A stretch of DNA of 64,000 nt from an uncultured Bacteroides sp. (GCA_964444345.1 CAYUGU010000001.1:6861-70860); one strand, 5' to 3'; positions 34,643-43,667 are shown, counted from the first letter of the stretch. Notes: generated by a model not told the origin, from the sequence alone. Numbers and translations are program-made.

Positions 34643-35977
34643 TTATTTCTGAGCAGTAGTTGCTGCGGGGGCTGCTGCGGGAGCAACAGGAGCCGTAGTG
34701 CCGTTCTTGGCAAAGGAGTCAATCTCTTCCTGAGTGTAGCCCAGAGAGGTCAGAACCTCCGTGGTGTTTCCGCCCAGTTCAGGAGCAGGACCGTAGGTAG
34801 GCTGATAGTTCGAGAAGGTGAACGGGCAACCGACGGTTACGAACTCACCGATTTCGCCGCCCTGGTTAATGCGGACGAGGGTGTTGCCGTCATAGAGCGA
34901 TTCGTCGCTCATCATCTCCTTGGTCGACAGCACGGGACCTACGGGGACACCGGCCTTGCCGAGAATTTCGGTTACTTCAAACTTGGTCTTGTCGGCGGTC
35001 CACTGGCCAATGCGCTGATAAATCTGCTGTTTGTGGCGATCGCGGGCGTCGGCCGTGTTGAAGTCGGGGTTGGTCAGCCAATCCTGGAAGCCAACGGCGT
35101 TGCAGAAGAGTTCAAAGTCCTTGGCGCCACGCTGAAGCACGATGTAAACATAGTTGTTGGCATCGATTTCCGAGTCGAGGCCGCCGGCAGGCTTACACTT
35201 ATAGGTCCAGCCGAGCACGCCGCCACCTTCGATGTTGCCCGAACGGGGAACGCAATCACCGAACTTGCCGTCAGGATACTGCGGGAACTGGGTCAGATAA
35301 CCGATCTTGTCGAGGGTCAACTGGTCACGGGTCTTGATACGGCAGAGGTTCAAGCAGGCATTGTGCATCGACTGATAAACGTAGACGCCTTCGCCGGTCT
35401 TTTCACGCTGAACAACTGCGGCGAGCAGGCCGATAAGAAGGTGCATACCGGTGTTTGAGTCGCCAAGGGCTGCGCCGCTCTGCGTAGGAATGTTATATTC
35501 GCCGTCATACCAGCCGGTAGTCGAAGCGGCGGCTGCGGTAACCTGGGCGATAGGCTCATAGGCTTTCAAGTCCTTATACTTTGAGGAAACAGGGAAGCCC
35601 TTGATGGTACCATAAATACAGCGAGGGTTCAGGGCATGAACGGCTTCCCAACTGAAACCAAGTTTGTCCATTGCACCCGGGTGCAGGTTTTCAACGAAGA
35701 TATCACACTCCTTGATCAGTTTCGTAAGGATAGCCTTACCGTCAGGAGTCTTTGCGTCAAGAGTCAACGACTTCTTGTCGCTATTGAGTTGCAGGAAGTA
35801 GTAGCTGGGCAGGTCAGGATTAAACTGCAGTTCTTTACGCGTTGCGTCGCCAACGCCCGGACGTTCAATCTTGATTACGTCGGCGCCGAGCCAGGCTAAC
35901 ATCTGTGTGCAAGAAGGGCCGCTCTGGACTTCGGTGAAGTCAACAACTTTCAGGCCCTGAAGAGGTGCTGTATTCAT
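34643..35977 (-). CDS. frc: Formyl-CoA:oxalate CoA-transferase
   Basis: 444 aa. N-terminus LQGLKVVDFTEVQSGPSCTQMLAWLGADVIKIERPGVGDATR closely resembles Oxalobacter Frc (family III CoA-transferase). Confidence 0.9.
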   Translation of the reverse strand: MNTAPLQGLKVVDFTEVQSGPSCTQMLAWLGADVIKIERPGVGDATRKELQFNPDLPSYYFLQLNSDKKSLTLDAKTPDGKAILTKLIKECDIFVENLHPGAMDKLGFSWEAVHALNPRCIYGTIKGFPVSSKYKDLKAYEPIAQVTAAAASTTGWYDGEYNIPTQSGAALGDSNTGMHLLIGLLAAVVQREKTGEGVYVYQSMHNACLNLCRIKTRDQLTLDKIGYLTQFPQYPDGKFGDCVPRSGNIEGGGVLGWTYKCKPAGGLDSEIDANNYVYIVLQRGAKDFELFCNAVGFQDWLTNPDFNTADARDRHKQQIYQRIGQWTADKTKFEVTEILGKAGVPVGPVLSTKEMMSDESLYDGNTLVRINQGGEIGEFVTVGCPFTFSNYQPTYGPAPELGGNTTEVLTSLGYTQEEIDSFAKNGTTAPVAPAAAPAATTAQK

Positions 35978-36123
35978 AGTAAATACGTTTAAAAGTGGTT
36001 AAATAGTTTTTTTAGTTTTTGTGTTCGTTTGCAATAAAAACACCCCCGCCCCCAAAAAAGTTCCCTCCACCCCTGTTTTTTCTTATTTTAATTTGGAAAG
36101 TTGTTTATATTAGAAACTTTTCT

Positions 36124-36131
36124 TAACTTTG
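36124..36131 (+). promoter_or_regulatory. -7 box TAACTTTG for the DUF3791-DUF3990-DUF3791 cassette
   Basis: Matches TAnnTTTG, 17 nt upstream of the ATG at 36149. The track start at 36101 lies upstream of the box. Confidence 0.45.
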
Positions 36132-36148
36132 CGAATAAAATTTCAATT

Positions 36149-36397
36149 ATGACAACCAAGTTTGACCGGAAGCCGGCACAAAACGTATCTCCTGACATTA
36201 TTCATTATATAGTAATGAGTCTGGGAATGTTTGCACGGAAATTTAAACTTACTAATAGGGAGGCCTGCAATTATCTTGCACGCTTTAAAGGTTTACAATT
36301 TTCGATTGATAATTATGAGGCGGAACATCAGTTGTCGCTCAGCGAATGTGTTGACGATATGTATGCTGTATGTAAAAGAAACGGAGGCGACCTATGA
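36149..36397 (+). CDS. DUF3791-like small helical protein
   Basis: 82 aa (MTTKFDRKPAQNVSPDIIHYIVMSLGMFARKFKLTNREACNYL...). The stop overlaps the next start (CTATGAA). Confidence 0.65.
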   Translation: MTTKFDRKPAQNVSPDIIHYIVMSLGMFARKFKLTNREACNYLARFKGLQFSIDNYEAEHQLSLSECVDDMYAVCKRNGGDL

Positions 36398-36867
36398 AGT
36401 TATACCATGGCTCAAACTGTCTGATTGACGTAATCGACCTATCTTTTGCCAAGAAATATAAAGACTTTGGCCCCGGATTCTATACAACTCATCTTCCGGA
36501 ACAGGCCCTCTTTTGGTCACGTCGAATCGCTGAGCGTTTTGGTGGTTTGCCGACCGTAACAGAGTTTGAATTTGATCTTGATACGGCGATTGACGACGGA
36601 TTGAAGATAAAGGTTTTTGAGCATCCCGATAGGGAGTGGGCTTTGTTTGTGATGGCCAATCGGAGACAGGACGGAGAGGAGTTCAAACACGACTACGACA
36701 TAGTAATAGGTCCGGTAGCCGACGATAAGATGGCTCGATTATTCGGACTTTATGATTTAGAGATTATCGATTTGGATGCGGTTGTTGCCGGATTGGTCTA
36801 TAAGGATTTAAATTCGCAGTATTTCTTTGCTACGGAGCGTTCTCTCAAATATATTAAACGTCTATGA
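36394..36867 (+). CDS. DUF3990-like protein (possible ADP-ribosyltransferase-fold)
   Basis: 157 aa. MKLYHGSNCLIDVIDLSFAKKYKDFGPGFYTTHLPEQALFW... The family assignment is from memory of the DUF3990 N-terminal YHGS / GxGFY pattern. Confidence 0.72.
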   Translation: MKLYHGSNCLIDVIDLSFAKKYKDFGPGFYTTHLPEQALFWSRRIAERFGGLPTVTEFEFDLDTAIDDGLKIKVFEHPDREWALFVMANRRQDGEEFKHDYDIVIGPVADDKMARLFGLYDLEIIDLDAVVAGLVYKDLNSQYFFATERSLKYIKRL

Positions 36868-37094
36868 ACAATGCGGAAAGCACCTTTACCTTTTTAGTGG
36901 AATATATCACTTCAAAGGTGGTTGAATGGCTTATTCGAGATAAAAATATGAGCCTTGAGGAGGCTTTGGTCCTTTTCCATAATTCTGAGACATTCGGGAT
37001 TTTAAGTAATCCGGAAACGGATATGTATATAGAAAGTCCTGCTTATGTCTACGAAATTCTAAAAGGAGAGTTGCGTCGAGGTTCAATCCGGTAG
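36864..37094 (+). CDS. DUF3791-like small helical protein (second copy)
   Basis: 76 aa (MNNAESTFTFLVEYITSKVVEWLIRDKNMSLEEALVLFHNSETF...). The start overlaps the previous stop (CTATGAA). The 3' end overlaps the convergent GT2 gene by 12 nt. Confidence 0.65.
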   Translation: MNNAESTFTFLVEYITSKVVEWLIRDKNMSLEEALVLFHNSETFGILSNPETDMYIESPAYVYEILKGELRRGSIR

Positions 37095-38084
37095 AGCGGG
37101 AATTTGCGAGAAGCGGCGGCGCCCCAGGAGGTAGTAGGCCACGAGGATGTTCGGGCGCCCGTTCAGCAGATTCTCGCGAGCGTTGGCCAAGCGCGCTTCC
37201 GGAGCCATTGAACGATAGTCATTGTGGGCTTTTAAAATCGCTTTGGCGTCGGCAAAGTTGAAGGTCAGCACTGATTTAAGCCAAGCAATGGTGTCGAGCA
37301 GGCGGCGGCGTATGAGCGCTTTCTTGCGGTCGGCTTCCGGCAGGTTCTTATGAAGCAGCAGCAGGTTGTTGCGGAAATTGAGATAGGTTTTTCTCGGATT
37401 GCCCATAGGGAGCGAACCGCCCCCGAGATGCATGACTTCCGCGTCCGGACATACCATTACCTTAAATCCGGCAAGGCGTATACGCCAGCAGAGGTCTATT
37501 TCCTCCATATGCGCGAAAAAGGATTCGTCGAGCCCGCCAACCTTCTTATAAAGGTCGGTGCGGACCATAAGAGCGGCTCCAGTGGCCCAGTCAACTTCAA
37601 GGGGGGCTTGATATTGTCCGTTGTCGGTTTCGACCGTACCGAAAATGCGTCCGCGGCAAAAGGGATAGCCGTTGCGGTCAAGGAAGCCGCCACACGCCCC
37701 GGCATATTCAAAGCGCTCAGGGTTATGCCAACTGAGAATTTTTGGCTGGCAGGCGCCACACTCCGGGTGGCTCTCCATAAACTCCAGCAGCGAAGTGTCC
37801 CAACCCTTGCGCGGGGCGACGTCGGAGTTCAGAAGAACGGTATATTTCGATTCAATCTCTTCGAGGGCAAGGTTATATCCGCCGGCAAAACCATGGTTTT
37901 CATCAAAGCGGATAAGGGGCAAACCGAGCCAGCGCACGTAGTCACATGAGCCGTCGGTCGACCCGTTGTCGGCAACGATTACCTCGCTGATTTCCAGGTC
38001 GGTGGCCTCCAGAACGCGCGGAAGAAACTCCTTCAGGAGGTTAATGCCGTTCCAATTGAGAATAACTACGGAAATAGGTTTCAT
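37083..38084 (-). CDS. Glycosyltransferase family 2
   Basis: 333 aa. SVVILNWNG...VADNGSTDGS...LLNSDV, a GT-A fold pattern. Confidence 0.85.
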   Translation of the reverse strand: MKPISVVILNWNGINLLKEFLPRVLEATDLEISEVIVADNGSTDGSCDYVRWLGLPLIRFDENHGFAGGYNLALEEIESKYTVLLNSDVAPRKGWDTSLLEFMESHPECGACQPKILSWHNPERFEYAGACGGFLDRNGYPFCRGRIFGTVETDNGQYQAPLEVDWATGAALMVRTDLYKKVGGLDESFFAHMEEIDLCWRIRLAGFKVMVCPDAEVMHLGGGSLPMGNPRKTYLNFRNNLLLLHKNLPEADRKKALIRRRLLDTIAWLKSVLTFNFADAKAILKAHNDYRSMAPEARLANARENLLNGRPNILVAYYLLGRRRFSQIPALPD

Positions 38085-38090
38085 ATCTGC

Positions 38091-39380
38091 TTATTCAATA
38101 ACGGTTCCGGTGAATTTATCGCCTTCGGGCGAGAGGCTGTCAAGTCGCACGTTGACGACCTTATTGGCCAGGTCGGGGCGAGGCGAGGGGAGTTCAACGC
38201 GAAGATAATTGTCGGTGAATCCTCCGGTCTTGCCGTGGCTTACGTGCTCAATCAGTACGGGGCGCACTGTGCCCTCGAATGGACGGCTGAACTCAATCTG
38301 GTGGCGTTGGCTTTCGGCGAGCATCAGTTCAAGGCGGCGATGCTTCTCCTCGGGGCTGACGGCGAAGTCAATGTCGGTCAGCGCGCGCGTTCCGGGGCGC
38401 TCCGAGTAGGGGAACACGTGGAGGCGTGAAATCGGAAGCGAGCGAACAAACCTCAGGCTCTCTTCAAATAGTTCCTCTGTTTCGCCGCGAGAGCCTACTA
38501 TCAGGTCCACACCTATAAATGCGTGAGGAATCAGCCGTCGGATGCGGGCGATTTTTTCGGCAAAAAGGGAGGTATCGTAGCGGCGGCGCATCAGTTTCAG
38601 CACCTCGTCAGAGCCGGCTTGGAGCGGAATGTGGAAATGGGGCATAAAGCGTCCGCCGCCTGCAACTATGTCGATTATGCGGTCGGTCAGCAGGTTAGGC
38701 TCAATTGAACTGATGCGGAAGCGTTCGATGCCTTCAACCTGATTGAGCGCCTCGACAAGGTCTGAAAAGTTGCGGTCGGTTCCGTGGCCGAAGTCGCCGA
38801 TATTGACTCCCGTAAGGACTATCTCCTTGCCCCCTTCGGCTGCCACTTGGCGCGCCTGACCTACCAGTTGCTCAATCGTTCCGGAGCGGGAGCGACCGCG
38901 GGCTGCGGGGATGGTGCAATAGGAACAAAAGTAATTACAACCGTCTTGAACCTTAAGGAAATAGCGCGTACGGTCGCCGCGCGAGCAGGATGGCATAAAT
39001 TCGCGCAGACTCTTGGAGGGGACAACCGGAGCCGGTTCGGCCAGACCTGCGCAATAGTCGGCAATGCGCATCTTGTCGTTGATGCCGGCAACGAGCGTGA
39101 CCCCCGGGAGCGACGCAACTTCAACGGGCTGCAACTGTGAGTAGCAGCCCGTTACGACGATTTTTGCCTCCGGATAGCGGGTATGGAGCGAGCGTATCAG
39201 CCGTCGACATTTGCGGTCGGCCTCGGCCGTGACCGAGCAGGTATTGACCACGCAGAAGTCGGGGGCCTCGCCCGGGGCAATGCGCTCGATGCCCCGTTGG
39301 GCCATCAGTTGCGCAATGCTTCCGGTTTCGGCAAAGTTAAGTTTGCAGCCTAAAGTGGCGTATAATGCTTTCTTATTCAC
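38091..39380 (-). CDS. mtaB: tRNA (t6A37) methylthiotransferase MtaB (radical SAM)
   Basis: 429 aa. UPF0004 N-terminal domain (LGCKLNFAETGSIA), radical-SAM CNYFCSYC, C-terminal TRAM-like domain. Confidence 0.87.
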   Translation of the reverse strand: MNKKALYATLGCKLNFAETGSIAQLMAQRGIERIAPGEAPDFCVVNTCSVTAEADRKCRRLIRSLHTRYPEAKIVVTGCYSQLQPVEVASLPGVTLVAGINDKMRIADYCAGLAEPAPVVPSKSLREFMPSCSRGDRTRYFLKVQDGCNYFCSYCTIPAARGRSRSGTIEQLVGQARQVAAEGGKEIVLTGVNIGDFGHGTDRNFSDLVEALNQVEGIERFRISSIEPNLLTDRIIDIVAGGGRFMPHFHIPLQAGSDEVLKLMRRRYDTSLFAEKIARIRRLIPHAFIGVDLIVGSRGETEELFEESLRFVRSLPISRLHVFPYSERPGTRALTDIDFAVSPEEKHRRLELMLAESQRHQIEFSRPFEGTVRPVLIEHVSHGKTGGFTDNYLRVELPSPRPDLANKVVNVRLDSLSPEGDKFTGTVIE

Positions 39381-41361
39381 TAATGAAGTTAGTAACTTTC
39401 AGGTTGGTAACCTTTGAGTTGAAGTTGCCGACGTTTTCCAGCGGGAAGACGAGCGTACGAACCTGGGCCATCTTCTTCGAGCCGCCGTTGTAGGAAACCC
39501 AACGGATGTTGAGGTCGTCGACGAGTTTGTCGTTCACATAGAGTTGGGTGCCCTTGTTAGTGCCGGTAATCTTCACGTGGAGTTTCTCGCCGGGAAGGAT
39601 ATTCTGGCGGAAGGTGTTCAGGTGGCCTTCGCGGCTGAAGGCAAGGTTGCCGCTGATGGGGTCTGAGAGCCAGAACGTGGCGTTGGGACTTTCAAAAAGT
39701 TTGGTACCGAGGGCTTCTTCGGCGCCTTCAATGTCGAACTCAACGGTGTAGGGATAACCGATTTCCTTAACGGGATAAACGTCGCCGGGCGAAACGAAAG
39801 CCGGCTCAAGAATTACCATAGGCTCATTGCCGTAGCGGGCCAGATAGTTAAGGCCCGGAGCCTCCGAAAGTTGACGGCTCAGAGAGTCGAACTCGGCAAA
39901 CGGAACGGTCACTTTATCCGCATTCCAGGTCTTGGCGGCCATAGTGGGGAGCGAGTGCATTACGCGGTGGTGGATGTCCTTGACGGTCAATCCGTTGTTG
40001 GGGTGGTCATTCCATACGGCAAACATACCGCCCTCAATCTGCTTGATAGTATCGCCCGTAAAGACGGTTCCGCCGATGTTGGCCGGAGTCCACTTGTTGT
40101 AGAGCATCTGGTTGTTCAGATAGTCATAATAGTAACCGGCGGAGGGAACGATATAAACGTAGCCGTCGGGAATCGAAACCATCTTGTAGCCCTGCTTGAT
40201 CATGTCGCGCGGATTGGCATAGCCGTTGCTCCAGCCATACATAAGTACGCCCTCGCTTTCAACCGGAGTCTGACCCTTGGCGTGAGTCAGCGAGCCCCAG
40301 ATTGCAGGTTTCTTGCCGTGCTTTTTAGTGAACTTGATGTAGCGGTCGGTGAAGCCGCGGAATTGCTCCATCGTGAGCGAGTCGCCCTGATATTCGTCCG
40401 TGCCGATATGGAAGCGGGGCGAAGAGAATACCGGGTCATCGCCGCCGATATATTCTTCGAGAAGAGTTTCGAGGAATTCGTGAGTCTCGGGCTTGTTGAT
40501 GTCGAGGTGGTCCTGGCCGTTGCTTCCGGTGCTGGCAATTTCAGGCTTCAGGCGGGTGAAGGCGAGCGAGTGGGCCGGGAAGTCGATTTCAGGGATTATC
40601 TCAATGCCTTTCTTGGCGGCATCGTCAATGAATTTGCGGAATTCGGCCTTGGTATAAGAGCCGTCGCGAGCCGTAAGTTCGGGATAGTTGCTGCTCTCAA
40701 GGCGGAAGGCGGCTTGGGTCTTGTCCCAATCGTCGTCGAAGTAATACTTGAAGCCGTTGTCGTTCAGATGAACGTGGAGCGTGTTCATCTTATAATAGGA
40801 GAGGGCGTCAACGAGTGCATAGAGATATTCCATCGGAATATATTTGCGGCCAACGTCGATCATAAAACCGCGGAGGGCAAACTCCGGCTGGTCATTGATA
40901 ACGCCGACGGGGAGCGAGAGGTCGTCGGAGAGTTCGCTCATCTGCAGCAGGGTACGCGTTGCCCAATAGAGTCCCTGTTCGGTAGGAGAGGTAACGACCA
41001 CTCCGGCGGGAGTTACTGTGATTGTATATGATTCAGGGTTGGCTTTCTTATTAGGCTTGACGGCAAGCGAGATGTCGCCTTTAGATGCCTTCGAGCCGAT
41101 TGCCACCGGGATTGATTTGCCGGTAAGCGTAGTGTAATCCTGACCGAGCATCATTGCGATGCGGGCGGCTTCCGAGTCCTTGGCGTTAGTCACTATGCGG
41201 CTTGAGGTTGAGGGCACGAATCGACCCTGACCGCCCTTCCATGAAGAGACTTCCGGGACGGTGAAAGGTTTCTGATTGACGTCGGCCAATGCAGGGATTG
41301 CGCAAAGCGTAGTGCCTGCAAAGAGCACCGCAGCCTTAAGCAATGATTTCATAATAGTCAT
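39373..41361 (-). CDS. Beta-N-acetylhexosaminidase (GH20)
   Basis: GH20 catalytic HIGTDE in SPRFHIGTDEY, signal peptide MTIMKSLLKAAVLFAGTTLCAIPALA. The track start at 41445 lies upstream of the -7 box, so ATG 41361 (or 41352) is preferred. The stop overlaps the mtaB start by 8 nt. Confidence 0.87.
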   Translation of the reverse strand: MTIMKSLLKAAVLFAGTTLCAIPALADVNQKPFTVPEVSSWKGGQGRFVPSTSSRIVTNAKDSEAARIAMMLGQDYTTLTGKSIPVAIGSKASKGDISLAVKPNKKANPESYTITVTPAGVVVTSPTEQGLYWATRTLLQMSELSDDLSLPVGVINDQPEFALRGFMIDVGRKYIPMEYLYALVDALSYYKMNTLHVHLNDNGFKYYFDDDWDKTQAAFRLESSNYPELTARDGSYTKAEFRKFIDDAAKKGIEIIPEIDFPAHSLAFTRLKPEIASTGSNGQDHLDINKPETHEFLETLLEEYIGGDDPVFSSPRFHIGTDEYQGDSLTMEQFRGFTDRYIKFTKKHGKKPAIWGSLTHAKGQTPVESEGVLMYGWSNGYANPRDMIKQGYKMVSIPDGYVYIVPSAGYYYDYLNNQMLYNKWTPANIGGTVFTGDTIKQIEGGMFAVWNDHPNNGLTVKDIHHRVMHSLPTMAAKTWNADKVTVPFAEFDSLSRQLSEAPGLNYLARYGNEPMVILEPAFVSPGDVYPVKEIGYPYTVEFDIEGAEEALGTKLFESPNATFWLSDPISGNLAFSREGHLNTFRQNILPGEKLHVKITGTNKGTQLYVNDKLVDDLNIRWVSYNGGSKKMAQVRTLVFPLENVGNFNSKVTNLKVTNFISE

Positions 41362-41414
41362 AAACGAAAGTGATGAAGTGGTATTAAAAATAGGGTGAAC
41401 TATAAATCCACCCA

Positions 41415-41422
41415 CAAAGTTA
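41415..41422 (-). promoter_or_regulatory. -7 box TAACTTTG for the GH20-mtaB-GT2 unit
   Basis: Plus strand CAAAGTTA, located between the HEPN stop and the GH20 ATG. Confidence 0.45.
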
Positions 41423-41478
41423 ACAAAAATTTCCCAAACCCCCAAACGAAAAGAATATTTCCCGATAAAATCGTAGAT

Positions 41479-41880
41479 TTATTGCTGATATATTAAGTTC
41501 TCAATCTTACCAAGGAGCGCTTCAACTTTGGGCATAATAGGGAGAATATCCTCTTCTTCCCAATCGAAAAGGTCGTCATAATCGCCCGATTGCCGCATAG
41601 TAAAAAGCGTTCGATATAGGCTGCCTTCTTCTTTTGTCAATACCCCGGTAGCGATAAAATTACGGCTGAATATTCCAAAAGTTCCATTATGAGTTTTAGA
41701 CGTCTCTCCTTGTTTTAGATTGATTGCTAAAACCATATAAAACGTTGCGTAATAAAGACGATTAGCAACCAAACTCCAGTTCCCTAATGATGCATTATCC
41801 GAGGCTTCTTTGAACGTATTGTGGGCTTTCTCTACGCGATATGCAATAACAGCCTGTTTGTCATCGTAAGATATTGTCAT
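41479..41880 (-). CDS. HEPN domain protein (toxin-like partner of the MNT)
   Basis: 133 aa, four-helix pattern (…NWSLVANRLYYATFYMVLAINL…, …TMRQSGDYDD…). Lies 24 nt downstream of a minimal nucleotidyltransferase gene. AT-rich. Confidence 0.75.
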   Translation of the reverse strand: MTISYDDKQAVIAYRVEKAHNTFKEASDNASLGNWSLVANRLYYATFYMVLAINLKQGETSKTHNGTFGIFSRNFIATGVLTKEEGSLYRTLFTMRQSGDYDDLFDWEEEDILPIMPKVEALLGKIENLIYQQ

Positions 41881-41904
41881 AATTTAAATTGTAGAGTTAT
41901 GGAC

Positions 41905-42246
41905 TTATTTCTGCAGGAGAATAAGTTTTTCGTTCTCAACGCTTTGATAGAAAGGAAGGAAACTTCGTTTTAGCCATCCTGCGAACGAGTAAAGCCGAGG
42001 AGTTACAATTTCATTAAAAGTCAACCCGAGATCGGAAAAGGGCCAGGCAAACTTATCCCATAAATGCAGCGGAATCCGCTCTTCGCCGGGGATTAGAATA
42101 TGTAAATCCCAATCAGAGTCCGGACGCGCGTCGCCTCGCGCGCGCGAACCATACAAAGATAACCGTGAGCCGGGAGGAAGAATCTCGGCTGCAGTCGCTT
42201 TAATGGCGTCTAATAAGGCTTTATGATTAGTAAGACTTGGCATCAT
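41905..42246 (-). CDS. Minimal nucleotidyltransferase (MNT, antitoxin-like)
   Basis: 113 aa, Pol-beta NTase motif LYGSRARGDARPDSDWDLHIL (GS...DxD). Confidence 0.8.
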   Translation of the reverse strand: MMPSLTNHKALLDAIKATAAEILPPGSRLSLYGSRARGDARPDSDWDLHILIPGEERIPLHLWDKFAWPFSDLGLTFNEIVTPRLYSFAGWLKRSFLPFYQSVENEKLILLQK

Positions 42247-42272
42247 ACACGGGAATAATAATCCCGGAGGAA

Positions 42273-43667
42273 TTAGAACGATTGGCGGGAGAAGGTCAGT
42301 TTGATTTTGGCTTTGGCCGGGAGGAGTTCAACCATTGCCGGCATGGCAATCATCGGGGTGATTCCGCTGAGGGTTGTCTGGGTCGTAGCGTAATAATAGG
42401 ACGATGCGGCGGCCTCGGTAACCATCGAGACGGGAGTCAGCGTGAACGTGAAGTCATCGGCGGTCAGGGGCTCCTCTTTGTCGAGCATCTTGAGCAGATA
42501 TTCGCGCATATCGCCGAAACTGTACGTCTTGGTTGTTGAATTGTAGGTCCCGACAAAAGAAGTGACGTTGTCCGGAAGTTTGTTTTTGGCAAAGAACTCA
42601 TCTTTCTCCTTGCTGAGGACCATCAGTAGATATTCCGGCGGGTTGATTCCCTTGTCGGAGGCTATGGTTGCAGCCGGAAGCGAGAATGTCAAGGTATTGA
42701 TGACGGTCAGGGCGTTGCTCTCGGCGGAGTTGATTTTATTGATAATCGACTCGATGGGGAAATTGAGGGTGACATCATAGCCGGCCGGAGCGGCAACGAT
42801 TGACTTCCCGGCCGTGGCCATAGCCGTCAATTCGGGCGAAACCTGATAGTCGATGCAGGTGTTGCTGACGAGTTCGGGGGCCATTGCCATCACGTAGTTG
42901 TAGAGTTTCGAGATTGAGTCCGTTTCCTGGCCTTTATCGTCCGTAACCTTGAAGGTCTTATGATAGTAGAAGACCATACGGCAGTTGCTTATGCGGGTGA
43001 CGCGACCCGAGCCGAACGAATGATGAACATAAACGCCAGGAAAGAAGTCCTGAAACGCGTAAGGATTGTTGAAAATCGAGGGGTCCGACTTATATTTTGC
43101 GAGGATTTCATCCATCAGTTTGTCGGGCATATTGACATAGGCAAATCGGTAGGGATTGGCCGCTACGGTGTCGTTGACGCTGAGGCCAACGGCCGTGAAG
43201 GCTCCGGAGCCGAGGCGGGCAGAAGGATCGTAGGCCTGCAGGGCCGTCGGGTCATAGTCTGAATAGATAGGGGAGGGGAGTTGCTTGGTCAGGGGGTAAA
43301 CTTCCACTCCGACCGGCGCGAGCGAGTCGCCTACAAAAGCGTTCTTTTCGAAAACGAGTTGAAGTTTGAGCGAGTCGGGGGTGATACCCTCGGTTTCGAT
43401 TGAGTTCGAGGGAAACATCTGGGCGACGAAGTCGGCGCGCAGCGTGCCGAACTCTTTGGCGTGGATTGCGCCGAGAAGTTGAGTGGTTGTGCGGCTCTGG
43501 ATTGCACCGGAAACAACGGAAGCGGTGCTGACCGTGAACGAAGAGTCAACAACGACTTCGATATTATTGCCCACGAGGGCCGAACCGGGCTCGGTCAGCG
43601 AGACGTTTTCGCTTTCGCAGCCACAGAGGGCCAGCGAGATAAGAGCCGGGAGGATGAATTTTTTCAT
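42273..43667 (-). CDS. DUF4270-like lipoprotein
   Basis: 464 aa, lipobox LALCGC. Its position directly after the short glycogen-synthase-like gene is a conserved Bacteroidetes arrangement as I recall it. Confidence 0.6.
   Translation of the reverse strand: MKKFILPALISLALCGCESENVSLTEPGSALVGNNIEVVVDSSFTVSTASVVSGAIQSRTTTQLLGAIHAKEFGTLRADFVAQMFPSNSIETEGITPDSLKLQLVFEKNAFVGDSLAPVGVEVYPLTKQLPSPIYSDYDPTALQAYDPSARLGSGAFTAVGLSVNDTVAANPYRFAYVNMPDKLMDEILAKYKSDPSIFNNPYAFQDFFPGVYVHHSFGSGRVTRISNCRMVFYYHKTFKVTDDKGQETDSISKLYNYVMAMAPELVSNTCIDYQVSPELTAMATAGKSIVAAPAGYDVTLNFPIESIINKINSAESNALTVINTLTFSLPAATIASDKGINPPEYLLMVLSKEKDEFFAKNKLPDNVTSFVGTYNSTTKTYSFGDMREYLLKMLDKEEPLTADDFTFTLTPVSMVTEAAASSYYYATTQTTLSGITPMIAMPAMVELLPAKAKIKLTFSRQSF

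Noticed and set aside
39871-41031. 386-aa ORF antisense to the GH20 gene. Similar cases are 34580-35458 opposite frc, 17883-18806 opposite asnA, and 8282-9145, 50328-51017, 51987-52694, 52768-53613 and 59140-59805
   Set aside because: All overlap strongly supported genes carrying catalytic motifs on the other strand. They are shadow ORFs of GC-rich coding DNA.
41362-41445. 28-31 extra N-terminal codons of the GH20 ORF
   Set aside because: The extension starts upstream of the TAACTTTG box (41415-41422) and precedes an obvious signal peptide that begins at MTIMKSLL.
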